A stretch of DNA of 54,975 nt from Candidatus Wildermuthbacteria bacterium (GTDB lineage: Bacteria > Patescibacteriota > Minisyncoccia > Minisyncoccales > UBA10102). Under the pieces are notes generated by a model that was not told the origin of the DNA, searched no databases, and saw only the letters and a list, made by a program, of their open reading frames with translations. The DNA is taken from NCBI GenBank assembly GCA_016186115.1, contig JACPMK010000002.1, positions 340,323 through 395,297 on the forward strand. Direction: 5' to 3'. Made by a program: the position numbers and the translations under genes. Shown here piece after piece: positions 37,081 to 47,252 of this stretch (position 1 is the first letter of the stretch; each line of letters starts with the position of its first letter).

Positions 37081-39210
37081 ATGCTAGAACTCGCAAAAAC
37101 CTACAACGCAAAAGAAATTGAAGACAAAATATACAAGCTCTGGGAAAAGAGCGGATTTTTTAATCCGAATAAGTTGCCCAGAACATACAAAAAGCCGTTC
37201 ACTATTATCATGCCGCCGACTAATGCCAATGGCTCTTTGCATGCGGGACACGGTTTAGTGTTAACGATTGAAGACATTATGATTCGCTATAAAAGAATGC
37301 GGGGGTATAAAACATTATGGCTTCCCGGTTTAGATCACGCCGGATTTGAAACTCAAGTTGTGTACGAAAGACAACTGGAAAAAGAGGGCCGGTCGCGTTT
37401 CACCATGAAGCCGGGGGATCTCTATCAAGAAATCATGGAGTTCACCATGCGCAACAAAAAGAACATCGAAGACCAAACAAAAAAGATAGGATCATCTTGC
37501 GATTGGTCGCGCGAAAAATTCACGCTCGATGCCGATATTATTAAAACCGTGTATTCCACATTCAAGAAACTATACAACGATGGTTTGGTGTACCGCGGAA
37601 GAAGAATCGTTCACTGGTGTCCCAAGCACCAGACATCTCTCTCTGATTTGGAAACAATCGATAAAAAGCAGACAGACAAATTGTACTATTTGCAATACGG
37701 CCCCTTTACCATAGCCACTGCCCGCCCCGAAACCAAATTCGGCGATAAATATGTAGTTATGCATCCCGACGACAAAAGATATAAAGATTACAAGCACGGC
37801 CAGAAAATAGAGCTGGAATGGATAAACGGCAAGGTTACTGCGACGGTCATTAAGGACAAGGCAATTGACATGTCTTTTGGCACGGGAGTAATGACTATTA
37901 CTCCCTGGCATGATGCGGTTGACTTTGATATCGCCGAACGCCATAGCTTAGACAAAGAACAAATTATAGATTTTCAAGGGCGCCTACTGCCCATTGCCGG
38001 AGAATTTGCCGGAATGAAAATTGGAGAAGCTCGCCCCAAAATCGTTGAAAAATTGCAGGCGAAGGGGCTACTCGTAAAAATAGATGAAAATTATACGCAT
38101 GTTGTAAAAACCTGCTACAAATGCGGCGCGCTCATCGAGCCCCAAATAAAAGACCAGTGGTTTGTGAAAATGAAACCATTGGCGGAACCCGCCATCGAAG
38201 CAATTAAGAAAAATAAAATCAGGTTCATACCGGCCCATTACAAAAAAATCTCCCTCCACTGGCTACAAAATATTATTGACTGGAACATTTCAAGACAAAT
38301 TGTCTGGGGCATTCCCATACCCGCAAAGATTTGCGACAGTTGCGGAGCCGGAATTGTCGATATTGAGAACAAAATTTCTGCTTGCCACAAATGCAATGGG
38401 TCCGTCCGAAAAGAAACCGATACCTTTGACACCTGGTTTTCTTCCGGACAGTGGCCGTTCGCCGCACTGGGATACCCTTCCTCCAAAGATTACAAAACAT
38501 TCTACCCGACTCAAGTCATGGAAACTGCGGGAGAAATTATCTTTTTCTGGGTATGCCGCATGATCATGCTCGGCCTCTACGTAAGCAAGAAAATTCCCTT
38601 TGAAAATGTATACCTCCATGGCTTGGTGCTGGACGCGAAAGGCCAAAAAATGAGCAAGAGCCGAGGAAATGTGATTAACCCCTTGGATTTAACGGAGAAG
38701 TACGGAACAGATGCATTTAGAATAGGAATGGTTGTGGGAAATACGCCGGGTACTTCTCTGGCGTTAAACGAAGACAGAATTCGCGGATACAAGAATTTTG
38801 CGAACAAGATTTGGAACGCTTCCCGATTTGTGCTCATGAATGTGAAAGATTACAAACCAGGTACGCGAGTAGTTTTAAATCAAAAACAGAAAAAAACGCT
38901 GGCTGATTTTAAAAAAGAGGTAAAAGAAATAGAAAAGCTCATGGATTCTTTTAAGTTTTATATTGCTGCAGAAAAAATCTACCACTATTTTTGGCACACA
39001 TTCTGCGACAACATTATAGAGGAAAATAAAACAAAATTATCTGGCACGGCAAAAGAAAGAAGGGCAAGCCAATATCTGCTTTTGGAGATTCTTTCTTCTT
39101 CCTTAAAGATTCTTCACCCTTTCATGCCCCTTATAACGGAAGAAATCTACCAGCAATTGCCCCTGAAAAATAAGAAGAAAACATTAATGATCGAACAATG
39201 GCCACAATAA
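37081..39210 (+). CDS. valS: Valine--tRNA ligase (short form without C-terminal coiled coil)
   Basis: 709 aa. HIGH-type PPTNANGSLHAGHG, KMSKSRGN, LHPFMPLITEEIY near the C-terminus. Confidence 0.9.
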   Translation: MLELAKTYNAKEIEDKIYKLWEKSGFFNPNKLPRTYKKPFTIIMPPTNANGSLHAGHGLVLTIEDIMIRYKRMRGYKTLWLPGLDHAGFETQVVYERQLEKEGRSRFTMKPGDLYQEIMEFTMRNKKNIEDQTKKIGSSCDWSREKFTLDADIIKTVYSTFKKLYNDGLVYRGRRIVHWCPKHQTSLSDLETIDKKQTDKLYYLQYGPFTIATARPETKFGDKYVVMHPDDKRYKDYKHGQKIELEWINGKVTATVIKDKAIDMSFGTGVMTITPWHDAVDFDIAERHSLDKEQIIDFQGRLLPIAGEFAGMKIGEARPKIVEKLQAKGLLVKIDENYTHVVKTCYKCGALIEPQIKDQWFVKMKPLAEPAIEAIKKNKIRFIPAHYKKISLHWLQNIIDWNISRQIVWGIPIPAKICDSCGAGIVDIENKISACHKCNGSVRKETDTFDTWFSSGQWPFAALGYPSSKDYKTFYPTQVMETAGEIIFFWVCRMIMLGLYVSKKIPFENVYLHGLVLDAKGQKMSKSRGNVINPLDLTEKYGTDAFRIGMVVGNTPGTSLALNEDRIRGYKNFANKIWNASRFVLMNVKDYKPGTRVVLNQKQKKTLADFKKEVKEIEKLMDSFKFYIAAEKIYHYFWHTFCDNIIEENKTKLSGTAKERRASQYLLLEILSSSLKILHPFMPLITEEIYQQLPLKNKKKTLMIEQWPQ

Positions 39211-40058
39211 GCCCTATTTTTCTTTTGCTTCTTGGATTAGTCCCTAGCGCAATCTGGCTGTTGTTTTATTTGAGAAAAGATGCCCACCCCGAGCCAAAAC
39301 ACATGGTTCTGCGCGTTTTCCTCTTGGGAATGCTGGCAACGTTTCCAGTGATCTTTCTTGAAAAAATAGTCAAAATTATTATTGACTGCGGCGATCTGGC
39401 AAAGTTTCTACGACTACCCTTCTCTTTACCCTCATGCGCTTCTCCTCTTTCTTCTTTTTTGCCAGAACCACTATTTTGGATTCTCTATTTTGTTATCGGG
39501 GTAGCGCTTATCGAAGAATTATTTAAATATCTTGCGGCGCGGTTTGGTTCGTTTTCCAATCCCAATCTTGACGAGCCGGTGGATGTCATGATCTATATGA
39601 TTGTCTCTGCATTGGGATTTGCCGCGCTCGAAAATATGCTCTTAATCACCCAACTTCTTTCTAACACTCCTACGCCTGCCTCTCCTTCAGAAATTGTCTG
39701 GGTTGTTGCGCTCCGTTTCCTTGAAGCAACTTCTCTGCATGCGCTCGCTTCGGGAATATTCGGCTATGCGCTTGCATTTTCGCTTTTTCAACGGAGGCAC
39801 CATGCCATGTTCTATTTTCTGCCGGGGCTGGCAGTCGCAACTCTCTTGCATGGAGTGTTTAACTTTTATATAGTATCAGTAGAAACAGTAGAAAAAGAAA
39901 ACCTCTTTCCTTTTCATATACTCTTGATCTTCGCTCTTTTGGCAATAGGACTTTTTGTATCACTCGGATTTCAACAGCTAAAAAGAATAATCCCCACAAC
40001 CAATAATGTCGCCTCATCAATCTCTTCAAACCCAACCCTCGCTCCAAGAAAAAAGTGA
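39198..40058 (+). CDS. PrsW-family intramembrane metalloprotease
   Basis: 286 aa. Multi-pass membrane protein. EELFKY and HALASGIFGY motifs. 13-nt overlap with valS. Confidence 0.7.
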   Translation: MATISPIFLLLLGLVPSAIWLLFYLRKDAHPEPKHMVLRVFLLGMLATFPVIFLEKIVKIIIDCGDLAKFLRLPFSLPSCASPLSSFLPEPLFWILYFVIGVALIEELFKYLAARFGSFSNPNLDEPVDVMIYMIVSALGFAALENMLLITQLLSNTPTPASPSEIVWVVALRFLEATSLHALASGIFGYALAFSLFQRRHHAMFYFLPGLAVATLLHGVFNFYIVSVETVEKENLFPFHILLIFALLAIGLFVSLGFQQLKRIIPTTNNVASSISSNPTLAPRKK

Positions 40059-40482
40059 AGAAAAGAAAAAAATCCCGATCAAAGAAGAACCGGCAGAAAA
40101 AGAGACCCGCTCCCAAAAAGAAGGAAACGAAGGAAAGGATTGGCTGGTTGCAGAAGGAGAGCTCGCGATTGATATGTATCAAACAGAAAGCGAAATTGTG
40201 ATGCAGGCAGCAATCGCCGGCATCGGAAGCAACGACCTCGAAGTTATCATCGAAAAAGATATTGTGACTATCAGCGGAGAACGAAGAAATCCCCTTGATC
40301 AGGAATCCAAGGAGTATTTTTATCAGGAATGTTTTTGGGGACCGTTCTCGCGCCAAATAATTCTGCCCGAAGAAGTGGACGTTGCCAAGGCAGAAGCAAC
40401 AATCAAAAACGGCATCTTCACTCTGCGCATCCCCAAGGACCAAGAAAAAATCAGAGTCAAAAAAATCAAAGTAAAAGGATAA
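40006..40482 (+). CDS. Hsp20/alpha-crystallin small heat-shock protein
   Basis: 158 aa. Alpha-crystallin core LAIDMYQTESEIVMQAAIAGIGSNDLEVIIEKDIVTISGER...GIFTLRIPK. 53-nt overlap with the PrsW gene. Confidence 0.8.
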   Translation: MSPHQSLQTQPSLQEKSEEKKKIPIKEEPAEKETRSQKEGNEGKDWLVAEGELAIDMYQTESEIVMQAAIAGIGSNDLEVIIEKDIVTISGERRNPLDQESKEYFYQECFWGPFSRQIILPEEVDVAKAEATIKNGIFTLRIPKDQEKIRVKKIKVKG

Positions 40483-40488
40483 GAAAGT

Positions 40489-40573
40489 TGGTGCCCTCGA
40501 GAGGACTCGAACCTCTATACCTTGCGGCATGGGGTCCTAAACCCCACGTGTCTACCAATTTCACCACGAGGGC
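40489..40573 (-). tRNA. tRNA-Leu (anticodon UAG)
   Basis: GCCCTCG acceptor, anticodon arm TGGGG-TTTAGGA-CCCCA, long variable arm, GGTTCGAGTCC, encoded CCA. Confidence 0.85.
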
Positions 40574-40584
40574 ATTTCATAACT

Positions 40585-40613
40585 ATTATCCGCCAATTTG
40601 TCAAAGAAATCAA
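40585..40613 (-). promoter_or_regulatory. Promoter for tRNA-Leu
   Basis: Minus strand: TTGATT (40613..08), 17 nt, GATAAT (40590..85), 11 nt before the tRNA 5' end. Confidence 0.45.
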
Positions 40614-40626
40614 CTGCTAGCAAATA

Positions 40627-40660
40627 AAACGATGGAAGATATGAATATCTTCCATCGTTT
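40627..40660 (-). terminator. Hairpin terminator after 40684..41070
   Basis: Perfect 16-bp stem AAACGATGGAAGATAT/ATATCTTCCATCGTTT with a 2-nt loop. The minus strand continues TTTTATTTG. Confidence 0.7.
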
Positions 40661-40683
40661 GTATTGTTCCCTCTGAAAACGAT

Positions 40684-41070
40684 CTATGGCGTTCCGATAA
40701 AGGTCGCTATAATGTTGGGGAAAACAAATGCAAGAATTGCTACGATAATGCCGACTGCTGCCCACATCAAGATTCCTCTTGCCTGATTTGTCTTTTCTGG
40801 ACTCCCTGCTGAAGTAAGAAAAAGAAAGGCGGCATAAAGCACCATAAAAACAGAAACAACAATAAGAACGGCAAAAACCCAGTTTGCGATAGTTCTCAAG
40901 AGTTGAAGCCACTCTCCGGGCGTATCAACACTGGTTGCGCTAGGAGGAGTAATGGTGGGCTGCGGTTGGTTTGGTCCGGGTGGTGGTAACTCGATAGCAA
41001 ATGCCGCTTGACTCAATATCCCTACAGCAAATACAGCGATAATGAGGATAGCAAAAATCTTTTTGATCAT
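40684..41070 (-). CDS. VirB2/TrbC-like (T4SS-pilin-like) small membrane protein with Pro/Thr-rich N-terminal segment
   Basis: 128 aa. Signal peptide, PPPGPNQPQPTITPPSATSVDTPG, then two hydrophobic helices joined by the loop FLTSAGSPEKTNQARG. Confidence 0.6.
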   Translation of the reverse strand: MIKKIFAILIIAVFAVGILSQAAFAIELPPPGPNQPQPTITPPSATSVDTPGEWLQLLRTIANWVFAVLIVVSVFMVLYAAFLFLTSAGSPEKTNQARGILMWAAVGIIVAILAFVFPNIIATFIGTP

Positions 41071-41129
41071 AGAGATTTATAAACAACAGTTACTATAAAA
41101 ATGCGACCTTTCTTAATGTGTATCAAAAA

Positions 41130-41387
41130 CTACATTCCAAAGATATTTTCAATTGTAGTACTGATTCCCTGCGCTAATAATATTATAACAAATCCTATTA
41201 CTGCCCACAACAAGATTGACTTTGCTTTGGCGAGCTTTTGAGGATCTCCTCCTGAAGTAAGGAAAGTAAACCCGGCATACAACACAACAAGTACAAGGAT
41301 CATGACAGAAAATGCGAAGAACCAATTATAAATTGTGGTAATAGTACCGAAAAGAGTATCCTGACCGGGTAAATTATTATAAGTCAT
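41130..41387 (-). CDS. VirB2/TrbC-like (T4SS-pilin-like) small membrane protein
   Basis: 85 aa. Helix-loop-helix WFFAFSVMILVLVVLYAGFTFLTSGGDPQKLAKAKSILLWAVIGFVIILLA. Paralogous to 40684..41070. Confidence 0.6.
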   Translation of the reverse strand: MTYNNLPGQDTLFGTITTIYNWFFAFSVMILVLVVLYAGFTFLTSGGDPQKLAKAKSILLWAVIGFVIILLAQGISTTIENIFGM

Positions 41388-41453
41388 ACCGATGCTAATT
41401 GATTTATTCTAGCATTTATGTCAAGCAGATCAATTCCCTTCTCTGTGGAAAAT

Positions 41454-41462
41454 TGATATAAT
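41454..41462 (+). promoter_or_regulatory. Extended -10 element upstream of the GT39 gene
   Basis: TGaTATAAT lies 20 nt upstream of ATG 41483. Confidence 0.4.
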
Positions 41463-41482
41463 GCTCACATTATGCAGCATTG

Positions 41483-42829
41483 ATGAATATGGCCTTTATA
41501 AAATTTAAAAAGGAAATCCTTTTTCTTGCTCTTCTCCTTTCCTTCAGCCTTGCAACTCATTTTCTATTTCTCGGGCATCCCAGTGAGGTAGTATTCGATG
41601 AATACCACTATGGAAAATTTGTGAACGGGTATCTGGAAGGAAAGTATTTTTACAATATTCATCCTCCGCTTGCCACTCAATTGATTACCTTGGGAGGATG
41701 GCTTGACGGATATCAAACCCCAAAATTTTCTTTTGAGACCATCGGGGGAGTATTTTCCGATTCCTCATATCTCGGCCTGCGCTTTTTCCCTGCGTTAGCC
41801 GGCAGCTTGATTCCCCTGGCGTTGTATTTTTTTCTCAAGAGCATTGGCGCGCCATTCCGCGCAGCTTTCTTGGCGGGCGCATTGATTTCGTTAGACAATG
41901 CCCTTCTTGCTCAATCGCGGCTTGCGCTTCCCGACTCCATCCTTTTGCTCCTTGGAATTCTTGGCCTCGGTTTCTTTTTTCTCGGCCGCCGCAACAACTA
42001 TAAGACCATTTTTCTTCTGTTTGCTGGTATTTTTTTTGCCCTAAGCTTTTCCGTAAAATGGACCGGATTTGCCTTTTTGGGGCTTGCAGGAGTTATTACT
42101 CTTTTCGATCTCATAAAAATATTGTTCTTATCCTCATTCCGCGCCGTGGCTTTCCCTTTGATCAAATCGTTTCTCTTCCTGTTCCTTATCCCAATTGCAA
42201 TATATTTTGAAATCTACAATATCCATTTTGCGCTTCTCCCAAATCCGGGGCCCGGCAATCCGTATATGTCCAAAGAATTTAACGAGGGAAACCTCACCAA
42301 TATGGAAAAATTTATTGAGATTAATCAGATAAACTACACCATCAACAAAGGATTCGCCGCAACGCATCCCTATGGCAGCAAATGGTATACCTGGCCCTTC
42401 ATGTCTCGCCCCATTTACTATTGGAATAACGACGGCGCCACCGAGAAGATATACTTCCTTGGCAATCCTGTTGTCTGGTGGGGCTCAACGCTTACATTGT
42501 TGCTTTTGCCCATTCTGTTGTTCTTCAAACAACTTTGGAAAGAACGTATTGTGCTTATATTGGCTGCAGGATATATCGTTAGTTTTGTGCCATTTCTCAT
42601 TGTCTCCCGCGTCATGTTTCTCTACCACTATCTTATTCCCTTGATATTCGCGGTCTCGTTATTTGCTTATCTTGCAACGACAATAAAACCGAGATACGCA
42701 AAGATTCTCTCTCTTCTTCTTGCCTTGGCAGCTCTTATTTCCTTTTTCTACTTTGCGCCCCTTACCTACGGCTTCCCCTTAGACAAAGCGCAATTTGAAA
42801 ATCGCATGTGGCTCTCCACATGGCCCTAA
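41483..42829 (+). CDS. Family-39 glycosyltransferase (dolichyl/polyprenyl-phosphate-mannose protein mannosyltransferase, PMT-like)
   Basis: ORF 41480 (TTG); ATG 41483. VFDEYHYGKFVNGYL....NIHPPLATQL is the PMT DE-loop signature. About 11 TM helices. Confidence 0.8.
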   Translation: MNMAFIKFKKEILFLALLLSFSLATHFLFLGHPSEVVFDEYHYGKFVNGYLEGKYFYNIHPPLATQLITLGGWLDGYQTPKFSFETIGGVFSDSSYLGLRFFPALAGSLIPLALYFFLKSIGAPFRAAFLAGALISLDNALLAQSRLALPDSILLLLGILGLGFFFLGRRNNYKTIFLLFAGIFFALSFSVKWTGFAFLGLAGVITLFDLIKILFLSSFRAVAFPLIKSFLFLFLIPIAIYFEIYNIHFALLPNPGPGNPYMSKEFNEGNLTNMEKFIEINQINYTINKGFAATHPYGSKWYTWPFMSRPIYYWNNDGATEKIYFLGNPVVWWGSTLTLLLLPILLFFKQLWKERIVLILAAGYIVSFVPFLIVSRVMFLYHYLIPLIFAVSLFAYLATTIKPRYAKILSLLLALAALISFFYFAPLTYGFPLDKAQFENRMWLSTWP

Positions 42830-44734
42830 TTAGGGAGAGATTCCTCCAAGGATCCCTGTGACTATTTCGATTAACGCCTTGGAGAAAATAACAATTGCAA
42901 ATCCAATAATAGACCAGGTAATAATGTTCTTGGCTCTGGTTACTCTTGCCGGATCGCCTCCCGAAGTAAAGAAGAAAAATCCACCAATCAAAATCATGAG
43001 CGGGAAAAGAATAAAGGTAAGCTTGAGGATGAAATCGATCACCCCCTTGAGGAGATCGGGGAAAGAATTGACATTCTTCAGAGGATTTTCAAATTTAATC
43101 AGCGTCCCTCCCGGCGGATTCTGCGTCGAACTCTGTTGAGGAGTTCCCGCTGCCACCCCTCCTCCAAAAACTGCCGCGCTCCCAATTTGAGGATTCTCAA
43201 CTTTCACTACGCTTGGAAAGTTTCCTGCTGCAGTTGGTGCAAAACGAATTGTCACGTTTTGACTGGTCCCTTTTGCCAAATTATAGGCACACCCGCTCAC
43301 GCAAGAAAATGGAGCAGTTGTAGAAATAGATCCACCGGCTGAACCTGCCGGACTTGAAAGATCATGGGTAAGAGTAAAAGTGATATCTTTTGTTGTCCCC
43401 ACGTCTATATTGCCGAAATCAGAGCTCGAAGGAGTAAAAATAAACACAGCAACGTTGCCGCCAGCAATAGTAACGGTGCCAAAGTTAAAACTCAATACAT
43501 TCTGCCGAGTACCCTCTACTTTCACCTGATAGCTTCCGGCTGCGGAGTAATTACATCGTTCATTAAAATCATAAGGAAAACTATTTGCCGTTTCTGTTGC
43601 CTCCCATACGCCGTCATTCGTACAATCGAGTCGTACGGTTGCTGCGCCTGCTGCGTTCCCTCCCGCGGCCACAGTAATTTTTACATTATTCAATGGCGCG
43701 GGACCAGAAGCAGGACTGGGCGTTACATTCGAAATATTGAACGTTACTGCCCCGATTCCTCTTCCGGAAACAGCTGCGCTTCCCGTATTAGGCGAAGAAA
43801 CTGCTAGGGTTTTAGAGAAATTTCCTTGGTTGGTCGGCGCAAAACGAATGATAACCTCTTGACCTTCCTCTCGCGACAAACCGAATGTACATCCACTTAT
43901 ACAAGAGAATGGGGCATCGTCTGGAATCGAGCCCGAAGCAAAAGCCGATGGGCTTGAGGAGCTGTGAACGAGGAAAAAAGTAGCATCTTTCTTCTGGCCG
44001 ACATCTACATTACCAAAATCATAACTTGAAGGCGAAAAAGAAAAAATAGGACTATTCGACTGGACAGTAAAACTTCCCGCTGGTATTGCGGTGGAGCCGA
44101 CGTTATTTGCCTTGTCGGTTGCCATGGCATAGTACCGAACAGTTTGGCCTACGCTATAGGTACGCGTCAAGGAACAAGTTGAATTATTCGTACAAATCTG
44201 CGAGGCATCGGCATAGGAACCATCGCCGTTTTCATCAACCGAAATAGTGATATTTGCAATGCCGCTTGCATCACTTGCATCTGCGGTAAATTTTACCTGC
44301 CCCGGAGAAGGATTACCTGAAGGAGAGTGCGATATCGAAATGCTCGGAGGAGTCGTGTCTTGCTGCTGGGCCGCAGAAACAGTAACATTCGTACCCGAGC
44401 TTGTGGGATCGAACTTGGAACCATCAGCATCTGAACATTGAGCATAGACCCAATAGACACCCGTTGAAGAAAACGCATAACTAACCGAAGCGGTGTTGCC
44501 AGAAATAGTCATCTGCACCTGGCCTGCTGGATGAATAAAATAACAGGAAAAGAGCGGGGGCTTTGTGGCGGAGACCTGAAGAGAAAAGGTAGTTGGAACC
44601 CCTGCGGTTGCGACATCGGGAGCAATGTGGGTATCGTATGTTACTGTTGCATTGCTTGCCGAAGGGAAAAGAAACCAAACCCCAACAAACAAAAGGGCGA
44701 ACAAAAAGAATAGAAGAGCGTGGTGTTTATTCAT
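42830..44734 (-). CDS. Ig-like-repeat surface protein fused to a C-terminal VirB2/T4SS-pilin-like module
   Basis: ORF to 44782, trimmed to ATG 44734 (MNKHHALLFFLFALLF...). Duplicated ~100-aa modules F(S/I)F(S/T)PSS.DFGN(V/I)DVG..KD.TF.L.H...SP....G.I....PFSC(I/V)SGC...L......V.IRFAPT..GNF. C-terminal IGGFFFFTSGGDPARVTRAKNIITWSIIGFAIVIF. Confidence 0.75.
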   Translation of the reverse strand: MNKHHALLFFLFALLFVGVWFLFPSASNATVTYDTHIAPDVATAGVPTTFSLQVSATKPPLFSCYFIHPAGQVQMTISGNTASVSYAFSSTGVYWVYAQCSDADGSKFDPTSSGTNVTVSAAQQQDTTPPSISISHSPSGNPSPGQVKFTADASDASGIANITISVDENGDGSYADASQICTNNSTCSLTRTYSVGQTVRYYAMATDKANNVGSTAIPAGSFTVQSNSPIFSFSPSSYDFGNVDVGQKKDATFFLVHSSSSPSAFASGSIPDDAPFSCISGCTFGLSREEGQEVIIRFAPTNQGNFSKTLAVSSPNTGSAAVSGRGIGAVTFNISNVTPSPASGPAPLNNVKITVAAGGNAAGAATVRLDCTNDGVWEATETANSFPYDFNERCNYSAAGSYQVKVEGTRQNVLSFNFGTVTIAGGNVAVFIFTPSSSDFGNIDVGTTKDITFTLTHDLSSPAGSAGGSISTTAPFSCVSGCAYNLAKGTSQNVTIRFAPTAAGNFPSVVKVENPQIGSAAVFGGGVAAGTPQQSSTQNPPGGTLIKFENPLKNVNSFPDLLKGVIDFILKLTFILFPLMILIGGFFFFTSGGDPARVTRAKNIITWSIIGFAIVIFSKALIEIVTGILGGISP

Positions 44735-44740
44735 TCCTCT

Positions 44741-44769
44741 AGTATAGAATCCCCAAGTAGATGAGGCAA
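44741..44769 (-). promoter_or_regulatory. Promoter placed for a leaderless transcript of 42830..44734
   Basis: Minus strand: TTGCCT (44769..64), 17 nt, TATACT (44746..41), 6 nt, ATG 44734. Confidence 0.5.
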
Positions 44770-44786
44770 GAGTGAAATTCACAAAA

Positions 44787-47252
44787 CTAAATACAGGCGG
44801 CAGAGGCCGCTTTGTCTCCCTCTTCCAGCTTCATAATTCTTACCCCTTGGGTAGATCTGCTGATTTTGGGGATCGAATTAATTGCTGTGCGAATCACATG
44901 TCCTTTGCGGGAAATAACGACAAGGTCTTCCTCGTCTGGCGCCAACACCTTTGCATAGACCAGCAATCCTGTTTTCGAGGTTACATTTGCGGTTTTAATC
45001 CCAGACCCGCCTCTCCCCTGCAAACGATACTCTTTGACATCCGTTCTTTTGCCGTAGCCATTTTCAGTTAGCACAAGAAGATATGCGGGTTGCGCGGTCT
45101 GGGGCTGAACAACATCCATTCCTATCACTTCGTCTCCTTTCTTCAAACGAATGGCGTGAATGCCGGCTGCCGGCCTGCCCATCGGCCGTATATCTTTTTC
45201 TCGGAACCTCACGGACTGGCCTTTTTTGGTGACAATAATAATTTCGTCTTGCCCGGTTGTTTTATGTACTGCCTGCAACGCATCGCCCTTCTTTAGGGTG
45301 ATGGCAATCAGCCCCGATTTACGAACGTTCTTGAAATCCTCGAGCGGCGTTTTCTTGATAAGGCCGTTCTTTGTCACCATGGTGAGATAGCGAACGCTCC
45401 CGGCTTCCTCGCTTTTGCCCAAGGCAAAAATCGACATTACTTTATCTTGAGGGGCCATCTCAAAAAAGTTCAAAAGCCCTCTTCCTTTTGATACGCGTGT
45501 GGCCTCGGGAATTTCATACACCGGGGAACGAAATACTTTTCCCGAGTCGGTGAAAACCAAAAATGAATCATGGGTTTGAGCGTACAGAAAATGCTCCACA
45601 ATGTCGTCTCCTGTTGTTTTCATCCCAACAACCCCTTTGCCGCCCCGCTTTTGCAATTTATAGGTAGAAGGATTAATGCGCTTGATGTATCCGCCTTGGG
45701 TAAGAGTAATCATTGTGTCCTCCTGCGGGATCAAGTCCTCCTCTGCAATCTCTCCCACGCCCTGCACATACACTCTCGTGCGGCGTTCGTCGCCAAAGGT
45801 TTGCTTTGCCTGCAACAATTCTTGTGTGATAATCGCATCGATTTTCTTTGGGCTGGCCAAAATTGCAGAAAATTCTTTGATTTTCGCCTGAACTTCTTTG
45901 AGTTCGTCTTCGATTCTCTTGCGCTCAAGCTTCGCCAATTGGGCCAAGCGCATGTCCAAAATCGCATTGGTCTGAATTTCGGTGAGCCGAAAACGTTTCA
46001 TTAACTTTACTTTTGCGTCGTCTCTGTCATCTGCGTGACGGATGATTTTGATTACCTCATCAATATTTGCCAAGCACTTATGCAACCCCTGCAAAATATG
46101 CTCTCTTTCCTTGGCCCGATCGAGCTCGTATTGCGTTCTGCGCACGATGACGTGCCGGCGATGGCTAAGGAAATACGAAAGCAATTCAGATAAAGAAAGA
46201 ACCTTGGGCTGAATCCCATCCACTAACGCGAGGGCATTGAGGTGATACGTTTTCTGCAAATCAGAGAATTTGTACAAACGATTTAGAATCTTCTGCGGGT
46301 AGGCATCTTTCTGCAGATCAAAGACAACGCGCAAGCCGTCTTTGTCTGACTCATCGCGGATATCCTTGATGCCATCGATTTTTTTCTCCTGCACCAAATT
46401 TGCAAACTGTTCAACCAGCGTTGCTTTGTTCACCTGATAAGGAATCTCGGTAATAATAATTTGAGGCCGTTTTCCTTCGCCTTCCACGATATCTGCTTTT
46501 CCCCGAACAACAATGGGGCCGTTGCCTTGTGAATATGCTTCGATAATTGCTTTGCGGTTATAAATAATGCCGCCGGTAGGAAAATCAGGCCCTTTCACAA
46601 ATTGAAAAAGGGTTTCTGTGGTTGCCTTGGGATTGCCGATGAGATACATGAGCGCATCAACGAGTTCACCAAGATTATGAGGCGGCATGTCTGTTGCCAT
46701 GCCAACCGCGATCCCCAAAGTTCCGTTGAGCAAAAGCTGAGGCAAGGGGGAAGGCAATACGGTCGGCTCTTTGCGCGTGCCATCGTAGTTATCTACGAAA
46801 TCAACGGTATTCTTGGCAATATCCCGCAGCGTTTCTTCTCCTATTCTCGACATTCGCGCCTCCGAGTATCGCATTGCCGCAGGAGGATCCCCGTCGATGG
46901 ATCCGAAGTTGCCTTGACCATCAATCAAAGGGTAGCGCATGGAAAAATCCTGCGCCATGCGCACGAGAGCGTCGTACACTGGAATGTCTCCATGAGGATG
47001 ATATCGCCCCAAGGTAGAGCCCACCACTGTTGCGGACTTGCGGTATTTTGCATTGTGGGTAAGGCCATCTTCGTACATTGCATACAAAATTCTGCGATGC
47101 ACTGGCTTTAATCCATCGCGCACATCAGGCAGAGCCCGCGCCACAATCACGGACATTGCGTAGTCAAGATAGGAAACTCTCATTTCCTCGGTTATCTCTC
47201 TTGGCTGCACCTGCCCCAGTGGCTGAATTTGTTTGGTATTATCTTGGGCCAT
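44787..47252 (-). CDS. gyrA: DNA gyrase subunit A
   Basis: 821 aa. DGLKPVHRR, active-site [18 protein letters not shown]-terminal beta-pinwheel repeats. Confidence 0.95.
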   Translation of the reverse strand: MAQDNTKQIQPLGQVQPREITEEMRVSYLDYAMSVIVARALPDVRDGLKPVHRRILYAMYEDGLTHNAKYRKSATVVGSTLGRYHPHGDIPVYDALVRMAQDFSMRYPLIDGQGNFGSIDGDPPAAMRYSEARMSRIGEETLRDIAKNTVDFVDNYDGTRKEPTVLPSPLPQLLLNGTLGIAVGMATDMPPHNLGELVDALMYLIGNPKATTETLFQFVKGPDFPTGGIIYNRKAIIEAYSQGNGPIVVRGKADIVEGEGKRPQIIITEIPYQVNKATLVEQFANLVQEKKIDGIKDIRDESDKDGLRVVFDLQKDAYPQKILNRLYKFSDLQKTYHLNALALVDGIQPKVLSLSELLSYFLSHRRHVIVRRTQYELDRAKEREHILQGLHKCLANIDEVIKIIRHADDRDDAKVKLMKRFRLTEIQTNAILDMRLAQLAKLERKRIEDELKEVQAKIKEFSAILASPKKIDAIITQELLQAKQTFGDERRTRVYVQGVGEIAEEDLIPQEDTMITLTQGGYIKRINPSTYKLQKRGGKGVVGMKTTGDDIVEHFLYAQTHDSFLVFTDSGKVFRSPVYEIPEATRVSKGRGLLNFFEMAPQDKVMSIFALGKSEEAGSVRYLTMVTKNGLIKKTPLEDFKNVRKSGLIAITLKKGDALQAVHKTTGQDEIIIVTKKGQSVRFREKDIRPMGRPAAGIHAIRLKKGDEVIGMDVVQPQTAQPAYLLVLTENGYGKRTDVKEYRLQGRGGSGIKTANVTSKTGLLVYAKVLAPDEEDLVVISRKGHVIRTAINSIPKISRSTQGVRIMKLEEGDKAASAACI

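Noticed and set aside
40329-40676. 115-aa plus-strand ORF
   Set aside because: It passes through tRNA-Leu (the ..SRGLEPL.. peptide is a tRNA-arm translation) and the Hsp20 3' end in another frame.
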